A stretch of 64,000 bases of DNA, taken from contig CAWECM010000004.1 of NCBI GenBank assembly GCA_963807755.1, forward strand, positions 46,543 to 110,542, given 5' to 3'. Both the position numbers and the translations under genes were made by a program. The notes below the pieces were generated by a model. The model was not told the DNA's origin. It did no database searches and saw only the letters and a list, made by a program, of their open reading frames with translations. This stretch comes from an uncultured bacterium (GTDB taxonomy: Bacteria; Actinomycetota; Thermoleophilia; Solirubrobacterales; 70-9). Below, piece after piece: positions 38,424 through 48,385 of this stretch; position 1 is the stretch's first letter, and each line of letters starts with the position of its first letter.

Positions 38424-39151
38424 GGGCAAGGACACTCGCCGGGCTCGGCGCCGCCGGGGCGGCTGGGCTCGCGTTCTACGGCGGTCAGGTGCCGACTGCC
38501 CAGATCTTCGGGCCGACCATCTGCCGGGGCGCGCCCGGGCGGAAGCTGATCTCCCTGACGTACGACGACGGGCCAAACCCGGCCTACACCCCGGGTCTGA
38601 TGGAGCTGCTCGAGCGCTACGACGCCAAGGCGACGTTCTTCCTGATCGGCGGCTGGGCCGAGCGCGAGCCCGCGCTGGTCCGCGAGCTGCACGAGGCGGG
38701 ACACGCGATCGGCAACCACACGTTCACCCATCCGACGATGCCGCTCTTGACCACGGACCAGGTCCGGGAGGAGCTGCGCCGGTGTCGCGGCGCGGTCGAG
38801 GGCGCGGGCATCGAGTTCTCGGAGGTCGGCGGCGAGGCGCTGATGCGGCCGCCCTACGGACGTCGCCGGCCGGCGACGCTGCGCACCCTCCATGAGGAGG
38901 GTTACGTGCCGGTCACCTGGTCGATCACCGCGTACGACTGGCGGCGTACCGCGACGGTCGAGAAGCTCACCCGCCGCTGCGCCCGCTCCAAGGACGGCGA
39001 CGTGATCCTGCTGCACGACGGCTCGAACGAGGAGCCAACGGCCGACCGCTCCCGGTCCGTCGCCGCGACGGAGGCCACCCTCGAGCGCTTCACCGCCGAG
39101 GGTTATCGGTTCGTGACGATTCCCGAGATGGCCGGTGAGGCGCCCGCGTGA
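38420..39151 (+). CDS. polysaccharide deacetylase (NodB homology / CE4)
   Basis: GTG 38420 forms a GTGA overlap with the GT stop. N-terminal TM segment, then LTYDDGPNP, HAIGNHTFTHP, RPPYG and LLHDG motifs. Confidence 0.85.
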   Translation: MRARTLAGLGAAGAAGLAFYGGQVPTAQIFGPTICRGAPGRKLISLTYDDGPNPAYTPGLMELLERYDAKATFFLIGGWAEREPALVRELHEAGHAIGNHTFTHPTMPLLTTDQVREELRRCRGAVEGAGIEFSEVGGEALMRPPYGRRRPATLRTLHEEGYVPVTWSITAYDWRRTATVEKLTRRCARSKDGDVILLHDGSNEEPTADRSRSVAATEATLERFTAEGYRFVTIPEMAGEAPA

Positions 39152-39954
39152 TCGAGCCCGCGTCGATCTTCTCGGACTTCTGGAACGACCAACTCGTCGA
39201 GCACGACCGCCAGTGGCTGTTCCTGGTCCTGCTCGGGATCGTCCTGTCGTTCGGGTTCATCCGGCTCTCCACCCGCCTGATGCGGAGCCCCCGCGTCCCA
39301 TGGTGGCCGGGCTCGGTCGTCAGCGATGGCGGCCTCCACGTCCACCACCTCGTGTTCGGGATCGTGCTGATGATCGCCGCCGGCACGATCAGCTTCGCCG
39401 GGTTCGCCGTGGACCCGATCTACGAGATCTGCGCCTTCTTCTTCGGCGTCGGCATCGGGCTGACGATCGACGAGTTCGCGCTCTGGCTCTACCTCGACGA
39501 CGTCTACTGGTCCAAGGAGGGCCGCAGCTCAGTCGACGCCGCCGTCGTCTGCGTGTTGTTCCTCGGCCTGATCCTGATCGGGACGCGTCCGTTCGACCTC
39601 TCGGACGGCAGCCTCGGCGCGGTGCTCCTGAGCATCCTCACGGTCCTGATGACGCTTTTCGCCGTCTCCATCTGCTTCATGAAGGTGCGCTTCTGGCACG
39701 GGGCGATCGGCTTCTTCATCTTCCCGCTCGCGCTGTACGGGGCATGCCGGCTCGGCAAGCCGGACTCGGCATGGGCGCGGCGCTTCTATGGCGAGCGAAA
39801 CGCCGACAAGCAGGAACGCTCCGAACGCCGCTTCCCGCCGGATCGCCGTACGGAGCGCGTGAAGAACTGGCTGCGCGACGTCCTCGGGGGATCGCCGGAG
39901 GACGAGTACCTGGCAAAGGTGGCGGCGCGCTCGGAACAGGACAAGGGCGGCTGA
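39148..39954 (+). CDS. integral membrane protein, unknown function
   Basis: 268 aa, about 6 TM helices with a basic C-terminal tail. GTGA overlap with the deacetylase stop. Confidence 0.6.
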   Translation: MIEPASIFSDFWNDQLVEHDRQWLFLVLLGIVLSFGFIRLSTRLMRSPRVPWWPGSVVSDGGLHVHHLVFGIVLMIAAGTISFAGFAVDPIYEICAFFFGVGIGLTIDEFALWLYLDDVYWSKEGRSSVDAAVVCVLFLGLILIGTRPFDLSDGSLGAVLLSILTVLMTLFAVSICFMKVRFWHGAIGFFIFPLALYGACRLGKPDSAWARRFYGERNADKQERSERRFPPDRRTERVKNWLRDVLGGSPEDEYLAKVAARSEQDKGG

Positions 39955-39961
39955 CCGGGCC

Positions 39962-41134
39962 TCAGCCCGTCAGCTCCGCCAGGCGCTCCTCCAGAAAGCG
40001 CCGCTCGGCATCCGCGTGGACGAGTTCCAGCGCCCGCTCGTACGCAACGCGCGCCTCGTCCCGGCGGTCGAGCCGGCGCAGGAGCTCCGCCCGGGTCGCG
40101 TGGAGGTAGTGGTAACGATCGAGCTCGAGACGCTCGACCACCCCGAGGGCAGCCTCCACATTGCCCGCCTCGGCGACCGCGACGGCCTGATTCAGCTCGA
40201 CGACCGACGATCCGGTCAGGCGAGCCAGCTCGCCGTAGAGCGCTGCGAGCTCCTGCCAGTCGGGAGGGTCCTCGGCGTGCAGGTCGGCGATCGCCGCCTG
40301 TAACACGTACGGGCCGCGGCCGCCGAGCGCCAGGGCGCGCTGGAGCGCCGTCCGGCCCTTCTCCATCTCGCTGCGATCCCATAGGGCGCGGTCCTGGTCG
40401 GAGAGCGGAACGGCCACCCCATCCTTGAACCGCGCGTCGCTCCGCGCGTCGTTCAACAGCATCAGCGCCAAGAGCGCGTGCACCTCGGGCTCGTCGGGCA
40501 TCAGCTCGGCGAGGGCCCGCCCGAGGCGGATCGCCTCGGCGGCGAGCTCGCTACGGCCACCATAGCCCTCGTTGAAGATCAGATAGACGACAGCCAGAAC
40601 CGCCGCCAGCCGGTCCGGCAACAGGTGGTCGTCGGGCACCCGGAACGGGATGCCCGCGGCCTTGATCTTCCCCCGCGCGCGGACGAGCCGCTTGGCCATC
40701 GTCGGCTCGGGCACAAGAAACGCCCGGGCGATCTCATCGGTGTCGAGCCCACCCAGAGTCCGCAGGGTGAGCGCAACCTGCGCGTCAAGCGCAAGGGCCG
40801 GATGGCAGCAGGTGAAGATCAGCTCCAGCCGCTCGTCGGGGATCGTCGTCTCGTCCATCTCGTCCTCGGTCGCCGCGGCGACCTCGAGCAGCCGCGTCTT
40901 CTCGGCGAGGGTGCGGTCGCGTCGGATGCGGTCGATCGCGCGGTTGCGCGCCGTCGTCACCAGCCACGCCCGCGGGTTGGCGGGCTCGCCGTCGCGCGGC
41001 CAGCGCTCGGCGGCTGCGGCAAACGCCTCCTGAGCGGCGTCCTCGGCGAGCTCGAAGTCGCCGAGGTAGCCGATCAGGCTGGCGAGAACGCGCCCCCACT
41101 CGTCGCGAAAGGCCTGGTCGAGGACCGCTACCAC
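39962..41134 (-). CDS. ECF-type RNA polymerase sigma factor with long C-terminal (TPR-like) extension
   Basis: ORF 39962..42016 trimmed to GTG 41132-41134. AEDAAQEAFAAAAERWP...AWLVTTARNRAIDRIRR (region 2) and LGGLDTDEIARAFLVPEPTMAKRLVRAR (region 4), followed by about 230 aa more. Overlaps the YciI stop by 7 nt. Confidence 0.82.
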   Translation of the reverse strand: MVAVLDQAFRDEWGRVLASLIGYLGDFELAEDAAQEAFAAAAERWPRDGEPANPRAWLVTTARNRAIDRIRRDRTLAEKTRLLEVAAATEDEMDETTIPDERLELIFTCCHPALALDAQVALTLRTLGGLDTDEIARAFLVPEPTMAKRLVRARGKIKAAGIPFRVPDDHLLPDRLAAVLAVVYLIFNEGYGGRSELAAEAIRLGRALAELMPDEPEVHALLALMLLNDARSDARFKDGVAVPLSDQDRALWDRSEMEKGRTALQRALALGGRGPYVLQAAIADLHAEDPPDWQELAALYGELARLTGSSVVELNQAVAVAEAGNVEAALGVVERLELDRYHYLHATRAELLRRLDRRDEARVAYERALELVHADAERRFLEERLAELTG

Positions 41135-41490
41135 TCTCCAGACACGGGGCGCACCTCGATCGCGCCACCGAGCCGGGCCGCCGGGATGCGGGCCGCGAGC
41201 TCGATCGCCGCGTCGAGGTCGTCCGCCTCGAACAGCAGATAGCCGGCGACGGCCTCCTTGGTGGCGACGAACGGGCCGTCGGTGGTCAGCGTGCGGCCGT
41301 CCTGCACACGCACGGTCGTCGCCGTCCCGGGATCCTGAAGCCGAAGGCCGGGCGTGACCCCGGGAGCCTCGTTGATCGCCTGGTAATCGGCGAAGACGGC
41401 CTTCTGCTCGTCCTCCGAGAGGGTCGCCCACGCCTCGGGGTCGCGCGGGGTCGGGGCATCGCCGTGGTTGATCAGCAGCATGTATTTCAT
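41128..41490 (-). CDS. YciI family protein
   Basis: ATG 41488-41490 with a GGAGGAAA Shine-Dalgarno sequence. MKYMLLINHGD...TTDGPFVATKEAVAGYLLFEADDLDAAIELAARIP. Confidence 0.85.
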   Translation of the reverse strand: MKYMLLINHGDAPTPRDPEAWATLSEDEQKAVFADYQAINEAPGVTPGLRLQDPGTATTVRVQDGRTLTTDGPFVATKEAVAGYLLFEADDLDAAIELAARIPAARLGGAIEVRPVSGEW

Positions 41491-41596
41491 CGTTTCCTCC
41501 TTTTGGGGGATGTTCGCGTATGAGACGAACGGGAAGCGCGGGCGAGGACACCACATCCGTAAGGTCGGGAACGATGAAACCGCGGAAAGGCGAGGC

Positions 41597-42274
41597 ATGA
41601 CGGAAATCGGTGGAGCGCTTGACAAGTTCCAGGAGATCGAGACGGGAGAGGCGTTCACGCTCCAGGGGCCGAGGCTGTTGAAGGTGGAGCTGTCGGAAGC
41701 CTCGGTGATGGCCAAGAACGGGGCGATGGTCGCCTACCAGGGCGAGGTGAGCTTCGAACACCAGGGTGGTGGCCTTGGGCGCTTCTTGAAGAAGGCGGCC
41801 ACCGGCGAATCGCTCACGCTGATGCAAGCTCAGGGCACGGGTGAGCTGTTCCTCGCCCACCAGGCGATGCTCGTGCACGTCATCCGGCTCGATCAGGAAT
41901 CGATCACGGTGAACGGCGAGAACATCCTCGCCTTCGAGACCGGCATCGACTGGGACGTCACCCGGGTCAAGGGCGGCAGCGCCGGGATGCTCGCGGGCGG
42001 CCTGTTCAACATCCACCTGAACGGCAGCGGGCTGGTCGCCCTCGTGTCGGACGGTGAGCCGGTGAAGCTGGACATCGGCGGAACGCCGACGTTCGGCGAC
42101 CCACAGGCGGCGATCGCATGGTCAGGCGGCGTCACCACGACGCTCAAGACGGAGGTCCAGGCGAAAACCCTGATCGGCATGGGGTCCGGCGAGAGCTTCC
42201 AGCTCGGCTTCTCCGGCCACGGCTGGGTCCTCGTGCAGCCATCCGAGGGACGGCCCATCCATCGGAGCGGTTAG
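41597..42274 (+). CDS. AIM24 family (DUF124) protein
   Basis: ORF trimmed to ATG 41597. ...AKNGAMVAYQGEVSFEH...LMQAQGTGELFLA...AFETGIDWDV...LNGSGLVALVSDG. Confidence 0.75.
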   Translation: MTEIGGALDKFQEIETGEAFTLQGPRLLKVELSEASVMAKNGAMVAYQGEVSFEHQGGGLGRFLKKAATGESLTLMQAQGTGELFLAHQAMLVHVIRLDQESITVNGENILAFETGIDWDVTRVKGGSAGMLAGGLFNIHLNGSGLVALVSDGEPVKLDIGGTPTFGDPQAAIAWSGGVTTTLKTEVQAKTLIGMGSGESFQLGFSGHGWVLVQPSEGRPIHRSG

Positions 42275-42289
42275 AAGCGCGCCCACCGA

Positions 42290-43282
42290 CTATGTGTCGG
42301 ACCCTGTGAACTCGTACCTGGTCCCGACGCTGTTCGGAATGAACGCGTCCGGAAACTTGGTGGCGAGACTCTGAGTTGCTCGCCATCCCGTGCAATGCGC
42401 GGGCACCAGGAAGTCGGGTGAGAACTCCGCAAAGCCGTCGCAGGTCGGCTCGATGATCGGCTCGAAGGCTTTCCCGCCGAGATGGAACCCGCCGAGCACG
42501 GCATGGAACCTGTCCTGCCCGCTGATCTTCCGCACGTATCGCAGGATGTTGATGATCCCCGAGTGCCCACAGCCGGTCAGGACGACCAGCCCTTGCCCGC
42601 GCACCGAGGCCACCAGCGCCTGGTCGTCGAGGATCATCGGGTCTGGCTGCCACTCTCCGTCGAGGTGAGCCTCGTGGCCCGGGAACCCGCGCTCGAACTC
42701 GGTTGTGCGATCGACCTCGCCCGTCACCAGGAGCGAGCCGTCGAGCAGGAACGAGGGTTGACGCTGCTCGACGATCTCGAAGCCTGCTCCCTCGAGCGCG
42801 GTCTTGCTCGTCGTCGGCAGCTCGACCGGGTCGCGTCCAGGCAGCGCAAGTCGGCGCCGGCTCCAGAACTCGGGATGGATCAGGACCGGTACTTGGACGC
42901 GGCCGAGCTCCCGCACGAGCCCGTCCATCCCCGTCGTGTGATCCCAGTGACCGTGGCTCAGGACGATGACGTCGATGTCGCGTGGCGACAGCTCGAGCCG
43001 CCGCATGTTCTCCACCAGCCCGTCCGGGCTTCGTCCGGCATCGAACAGGATCGTGGTCTCGCGATCCCCCTTCGTGATCGTCACCAGCGCCGAGAACCCA
43101 TGCTCGGCACGCAGAGCGTCGTCGGTGTCCCCGCCCGCCAGGAACCGGGCGGGAACCCGGGGTGCGGAGGCGATCGAGGGCCGCTTCGCGGGTCCTAGAT
43201 CGGGAAGCAGGTTGTCGGTGACGTTGTCGACCAGCGTCGTCACGGTCAACGAATCGACCGGGTCGAGCGAAATCGCTTCCAT
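42290..43282 (-). CDS. MBL-fold metallo-hydrolase
   Basis: 330 aa: TTLVDN..., VLSHGHWDHTTG (HxHxDH), GCGHSG. Confidence 0.85.
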   Translation of the reverse strand: MEAISLDPVDSLTVTTLVDNVTDNLLPDLGPAKRPSIASAPRVPARFLAGGDTDDALRAEHGFSALVTITKGDRETTILFDAGRSPDGLVENMRRLELSPRDIDVIVLSHGHWDHTTGMDGLVRELGRVQVPVLIHPEFWSRRRLALPGRDPVELPTTSKTALEGAGFEIVEQRQPSFLLDGSLLVTGEVDRTTEFERGFPGHEAHLDGEWQPDPMILDDQALVASVRGQGLVVLTGCGHSGIINILRYVRKISGQDRFHAVLGGFHLGGKAFEPIIEPTCDGFAEFSPDFLVPAHCTGWRATQSLATKFPDAFIPNSVGTRYEFTGSDT

Positions 43283-43339
43283 GCTCCTCCTCGTCAGCCC
43301 GCCCGGACTCTATGTCTCGGTCGGGACGAGCGGCGGGCT

Positions 43340-45797
43340 CTAGCCCGGGACGATCCGGTACGTGCCCTCGCGATAGCCGTCGTCGGAGGGATCGTCCGGG
43401 TCATAACCGCGCTCGACGTTCCCGGCGGCGTCGACCGAGAACCAGCGGAAAACGGTGGTGCGGTCGACCAGGAGCTCCTCCCCCTCCTCGCGGATCCCCG
43501 CCGCCTCGTACGTCGGCGAGTCGAAGGTCGGCCGCCGGCCGTTGGTCGTGTAGTAGATCGTCGCCGGCTCCGAGGTCTCGAACCGCACCTCGACCGGCTC
43601 GTCGTAACGGCCGGGAGGCGGCACCGGATTGCTGCGTGGGTTACGGCCGTCGCGGCTGAAGTCGTATGCGACGTCCATCAGCTCCACGAGCCCGTTGGAG
43701 AACTCCAGCGCCTCGTTGTGCGCCTCTTCCCACTCGGGCTGGAACTCGGTGCCGACCTCAAAGTTCCAGGCGAAGATGTCGTGCCCGTACCAGAGCGCGT
43801 CGCCCGAGTTGCCGGCCGCCGAGTAGAGGACGTCGGCGATCGGGCCGGTCCGCGCCGGCGTCACCGAGAGCCCGCGGTGCTCCTTGATCTCGCCCAGGAT
43901 CCGCTTCGAGGCGTACCAGAAGAACTCCTCCTCGCCGAAGGTCGGCCGCGGCAGGGTGACCCGGCCCGGGACGCGGTATGCGCCCGGCGACCACATGAAG
44001 TAGTTGCCCGAGCTGTGCAGGTTCATCGAGAACTTGATGTTGGGATAGCGCTCGGGCAGCGAGAGCACGTTCCGGCTCTCGGGCTCGGACTGCTCGAACG
44101 GGCCGGCGAAGGTGCCGCGAGGTGCAGTCCGCGGACGCCCCGAAGTAGCCGTCGAACAGCGACCCGATCGGGTAGTTGCGGTTGACGTCCACTCCCCAGT
44201 CATCGCGCGCCGCCGGATCGGACGGCCCGTCCTCGGGGCAGTAGTTGAACATGTTCTTGCGCTGGAAGTTCTCGTCGTAGAACGAGTAGTGCCCGCCGTC
44301 GGTGTTGACGGAGGGGACGATGAAGATGTCGAGGTTGTTGACCAGCCTCCTGGTCTCGCGGTCGGTCTGGTAGTTCCGCAGCAGCCGCTCGGCGGTCTCG
44401 ACCGCGACCAGCGGCGGCACCCACTCGCGCGCGTGCTCCTGGGCGTAGGCCATGACGCCGACGTCGGATCCGTCGCGCTCGCGGCCGATGCGAATCGCGA
44501 GCGGCTGGTACGGCTCCCGGCTGATGTTCGCGGGGGCGCTCAGGAAATCGGTCAGCGGCGTTTCGAACTGCGGGCTGACGACGCCGTCGCCCGGGCTGCC
44601 CCGGAAGGTCTGCGCGTTCACTGTCTGGCCCACCGCGTCGTCGATCGCCTCGACCACCTCGGCGGCGGTGCTGGTGACCTGGCCAGTCGCGTCGGTGGCG
44701 AGGTCGACCGAGATCAGGTCGCCGTCCTGCTCGACCTCGAGCTCCTGGTCGGGCTCGTCCGGGTCGGAGAGCTCGATCGAGAGGTCGTTGCCGCCCTCGT
44801 GGCCCCATGCACGTGAGGAGACGACAACCGCCGACGCCTCGGCGGCCTCGGTGTCCACCGACCCCAGGATGGCCTGCGCGTGACGCCGGTAGCCGTTGGT
44901 CCGGTTTGGGAGCTCGATGATCTCAGCCAGGCGCGGGAACTCCTCGGCGAGCGAGACGATCCGTTGCTGGAGCTCGGTCGGGTCCATGTAGCGGCCGACG
45001 AAGTCCTTGAAGTACGGCTCTGGGTCGGGGTCGTCGTCGGGCGGCAGCCACTCCTCGACCGCAGCCGTGGCGCTGCCCCCGCTCGAGCTGGTCACCTCGA
45101 CCATCGAGGGATGCTCGTCGATCTCGATCTGGCCGCGGTGGTAGAGGTACGCGTCGGCGTCGATGAACGGCTCGAGCTCCGCCGAGCCGCCGGAGCCGAT
45201 CTCCGTCCCGGGACCGGAGTCCCAGCTGACCGTGAGCGTGGCCGCATCGAGGTCGGAGCTCTTCGCTTCGACCGACAGGAACTGGCCGCCGAGGCTCGTG
45301 AAGTAGTCGGCCCGCGCGACCCGGACCTCGTCGGTGGCCTGTTGCGCCGTCGCCAGGTCCGCCGTGCGCTGCTCCTTGCGCTCGAGCTGGCCGATCGCGC
45401 GCTTGCGTTCGCGCATGATCGCGTTCGCCTCGGCCTGCGTCTGCACCGTGCCGCTGATCCGGAATCCCTCGGCGCGGAGGCGGGCCTCCTCGGAGGGGGT
45501 CAGCACGGCCTGCACGGCGATCCCACCGGCGCTCGCCTCCAGGTGCTCGGTCAGGTCCACGCCGGTGGCGATCAGCCGGTCCACCTCGGCCCGACTCGAG
45601 AGCACGACCTCGACCACGTTGCGCGGCTCGACCGCCGCGGCCGCGCCGCCGGGAACGGCCTGCTGGAGCGCCGGGTCCGGCGCTTGCGCGGTGAGCGCCG
45701 CGGGCGCCAGGGCCCCCGTCAAGGTGACCGCGGCCACCGTCGTGGCGAGCGCCACCCTCCGCCTCGTCCGAGACCGACCACCACGCTGTCCAGCCAT
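43340..45797 (-). pseudogene. secreted M14 family zinc carboxypeptidase with N- and C-terminal accessory domains, one frame break
   Basis: ATG 45795-45797 with an AGGAGGA Shine-Dalgarno sequence and signal MAGQRGGRSRTRRRVALATTVAAVTLTGALAPAALTAQA. AQEHAREW...VPSVNTDGG...VDVNRNY are in ORF 43758..45866. GTFAGPFEQSEPE...NLHSSGNYFMWSP... are in ORF 43340..44203. The switch is near 44115-44121. Confidence 0.8.
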
Positions 45798-46013
45798 CAA
45801 GCGTCCTCCTGTGTTGTCGGCGCTCCGCCGTGCCAGCCGGTCGGATCGTCCCTGCGGAAGCGGCAATACCCGGGGTGCGCGGACCTAAAACCTCGCCGAA
45901 GGCAGCGCCCGCCCTCGGACGTCCGCGTGTCGAGTTTTCCTCTTCAGCGCCAGGATCGGGCGAGGAATGAGAATCCGCTCATCCCCGTCGGCGCGCGCCC
46001 CTGCCGGCCCGGT

Positions 46014-46862
46014 TCAGGGCATCATCTCCATGGACTCGCCCTGGCCGCCGCCCTCATGCATGTCGCCCACCGGCTCGGCGAACCCCGGAACGTCAGCGGG
46101 GAGGAACGCCACGCCCAGCCCGAGCGCGAGCAGCGCCAAGGCCACCCACCTGCGCGCTGCGGTCGGCCACGGCAGCAGCCTCTCGGCCACGATGAACGCC
46201 GCGATCACCGCCATCCAGCCGAGGCTCATGACGCCGACCGCGAACAGCGCGGCCATCAGCGCCCAGCAGCAGCCGAGGCACCAGGCGCCATACCGGACCC
46301 CCAATTCGAGCGCACCTGCGCGGCCGTCGCGCCAGCGCTCGGCGAGGAAAGTCATCGGGCTGCGGCACTCGGCCAGGCAGGCCCGCTTGAGCGGCGTCAC
46401 CTGGTAGACGGCCGCGGCCACGATCACGCCCCCGGTCACGTACTGACCGGCCTCGTCCCAGGCCAGGAACGCCGGGTCGATCGCGCGGACCAGTTCGAAC
46501 AGGGCGTAGGCCGCCAGGCCCGCCGCCGTCCACACCAACAGATAGCCGGCAACGAACAGAGCGGTCGCGTCGCCCGCTGCCCCCGTTCCGCGCGCCCGGC
46601 GACCCTCTCGCAGCCCGTCGTACGTGAGCACCGTGGGAGCGACCGCCGGGAACATCATCGCCGCCATCATCACCACCCAGACGGTGGCGTAGAAGCCGAG
46701 GGACCCGAGCGCCATGCCCGGCATCGCCTCCATTCCTTCCATCCGGTCGTTCGTGACCAGCCACGCCACGACGGCGAGCGCAAGCAGCGCTCCGAGCAGG
46801 ACGAGGCGGGCGCGGTCGAGTCGAACCGCGCCCGAACGCGCGCTTAGCCGGGCTGCCTCCAA
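46014..46862 (-). CDS. DUF2182 family membrane protein (predicted metal-binding)
   Basis: 282 aa, TTG start with a GGAGG Shine-Dalgarno sequence. MMAAMMFPAVAP...VTPLKRACLAECRSP...CLGCCWALM pattern as I recall it for DUF2182. Confidence 0.65.
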   Translation of the reverse strand: MEAARLSARSGAVRLDRARLVLLGALLALAVVAWLVTNDRMEGMEAMPGMALGSLGFYATVWVVMMAAMMFPAVAPTVLTYDGLREGRRARGTGAAGDATALFVAGYLLVWTAAGLAAYALFELVRAIDPAFLAWDEAGQYVTGGVIVAAAVYQVTPLKRACLAECRSPMTFLAERWRDGRAGALELGVRYGAWCLGCCWALMAALFAVGVMSLGWMAVIAAFIVAERLLPWPTAARRWVALALLALGLGVAFLPADVPGFAEPVGDMHEGGGQGESMEMMP

Positions 46863-46876
46863 CGTCAGGCCTCCAC

Positions 46877-47620
46877 TCAGTCCGGGTACTCGTCTTTGCG
46901 CCAGTCGCGGGGCTCCTCAGGCTGCGGCTTCGGGGTCCGTTCGAGCAGCATGTTGAAGTGGGGGGCGACGAACGGGTCGGGAGCCATCACCGTGTAGGTG
47001 TGGTAGACGGTCCCGTTGTCCCGCGCGAAGGCGATGTAGCCCGGGCCCTCCCGGAGGCCGTCCTTGAGGTCGGCGCCAACCTGCTCGCCCCAGTCCTGGA
47101 GCCATTCCGGCGGGTCGTCGATCATCTCCTTCACCTCGGGGATCTGCTCCGCCTCCTCCTCGGTCAGCGCGAGCCCGAAGTCCCACGGGAAGTCGGTCTC
47201 GTACGTCGAGACGTAGGGAAACTCCCAGCCCATTCGCTCCTTGTATGCGGCGAGCCGATCGATCGGCGCGCGCGAGAAGCACAGGAACGTGACGTCGCGG
47301 TGGTTGAGGTGGATCAATGAGCCACTGAACTCGTCCCCGAGGCTCGTGCAGCCCGGGCATGCCCCGACCTCGTAGTCCGGGCCGTACATGATGTTGTAGG
47401 CGAGAAGCTGCGAGCGGCCGTCAAAGAGCTCGGACAGCGACTTCTTGCCGTCCTCGGTGTCGAACTCGTAGTCCTTCTCGACCGGGACCCACGGGAGCTC
47501 CCGCCGCTTCTTCTTGATCTCCTCGTTCAGCTCAGCATGCTCGCCCTCGAGCTTCGCGAGCTCGTCCCGAGCCGCCTGCCATTCCTCGCGGGTGCCCGTC
47601 TCGTGGTCCGACATCGTCAA
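46877..47620 (-). CDS. DUF899 family (thioredoxin-like) protein
   Basis: 247 aa: REEWQAARDELAKLE...RRELPWVPVEKDYEF...GRSQLLAYNIMYGP...CPGCTS. Confidence 0.7.
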   Translation of the reverse strand: MTMSDHETGTREEWQAARDELAKLEGEHAELNEEIKKKRRELPWVPVEKDYEFDTEDGKKSLSELFDGRSQLLAYNIMYGPDYEVGACPGCTSLGDEFSGSLIHLNHRDVTFLCFSRAPIDRLAAYKERMGWEFPYVSTYETDFPWDFGLALTEEEAEQIPEVKEMIDDPPEWLQDWGEQVGADLKDGLREGPGYIAFARDNGTVYHTYTVMAPDPFVAPHFNMLLERTPKPQPEEPRDWRKDEYPD

Positions 47621-47782
47621 CTCCTCAGTTGTGTTTGCGTGGCGTGCGGGGACGACCGGGTTGTCGATCGCTCGGCACGTGTACCCGTGTCCGCCATTTA
47701 GGACACGCGGCGGCGGCGAAACTCATCGTTTTTCGCTCAGTTCGCCTCGTACTCGTTGTGGCGCCGGATCCACATGGGCCGC

Positions 47783-48322
47783 TCAACTGGTCTGGCGGGC
47801 GTCGCGCGCGACATCGCGCCAGTGAGCATCGACGGCGGATCCACGCTCAGCGGCTGCTTCGAGCGCCGCGCGTTCGGCCCCGGTGAGCTCGCGAACGAGG
47901 CAGAACTCGTTTCCGAACGGATCCTGCATGACCGCCCAATCGATCAGCGGACGGGCACCCTCGTAAGCGTGTGGTACGGGGTAGAGCGTTGGCGGGTACT
48001 TCAGGCGGCCGCCGATCCTCTCGACATGCGGGATCGCCACGTCGATTTCATCCACTCCGATGTCGATGTGGGCACGATTCGCGGCCGGGTCGATGCGTCG
48101 GGCTACGTCGATTGCACCCGGTTCGGACCGCTTCGCCGTCGCCACCAGGTGAAGGATGATCTGGTGCTGCCAGGTCGTGTCGTCCTCGTAGCCCAAATAG
48201 GCAAAGCGATCGGGCCAAGGAGACGAGATGCGCGGAATCCCGGTCAGCTCCGACCAAAACGACGAGCCGACCTCGAGATCCTCGACATCGATCACGAAGC
48301 AGCGAAGCGTCCCAATCGCCAT
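47783..48322 (-). CDS. VOC (glyoxalase/bleomycin-resistance) family protein
   Basis: 179 aa: FVIDVEDLEVGSSFWSELTG...HIDIGVDEIDVAIPHVERIGG...MQDPFGNEFCLV. Confidence 0.75.
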   Translation of the reverse strand: MAIGTLRCFVIDVEDLEVGSSFWSELTGIPRISSPWPDRFAYLGYEDDTTWQHQIILHLVATAKRSEPGAIDVARRIDPAANRAHIDIGVDEIDVAIPHVERIGGRLKYPPTLYPVPHAYEGARPLIDWAVMQDPFGNEFCLVRELTGAERAALEAAAERGSAVDAHWRDVARDARQTS

Positions 48323-48359
48323 GCATCCTCCATCCTGCCGTACCGAGCGTGCGCTGCAA

Positions 48360-48382
48360 AGAGCGGCTGATCGGATTCGAAC
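48360..48382 (-). repeat. 23-nt copy of the tRNA-Gly 3' end (att-like direct repeat, distal copy)
   Basis: agagcggctgatcggattcgaac is identical to 49672..49694 and in the same orientation. The flanking sequence does not continue the tRNA. Confidence 0.85.
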
Positions 48383-48385
48383 GAG

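Noticed and set aside
37100-39151. 683-aa ORF that looks like a multi-domain fusion (PLC tail, glycosyltransferase, deacetylase).
   Set aside because: The middle about 130 residues are Arg/Gly/Pro junk, while the true glycosyltransferase C-terminus is in ORF 37980..38423. A G6 run and GTGA/ATGA junctions show three separate genes joined by frame errors.
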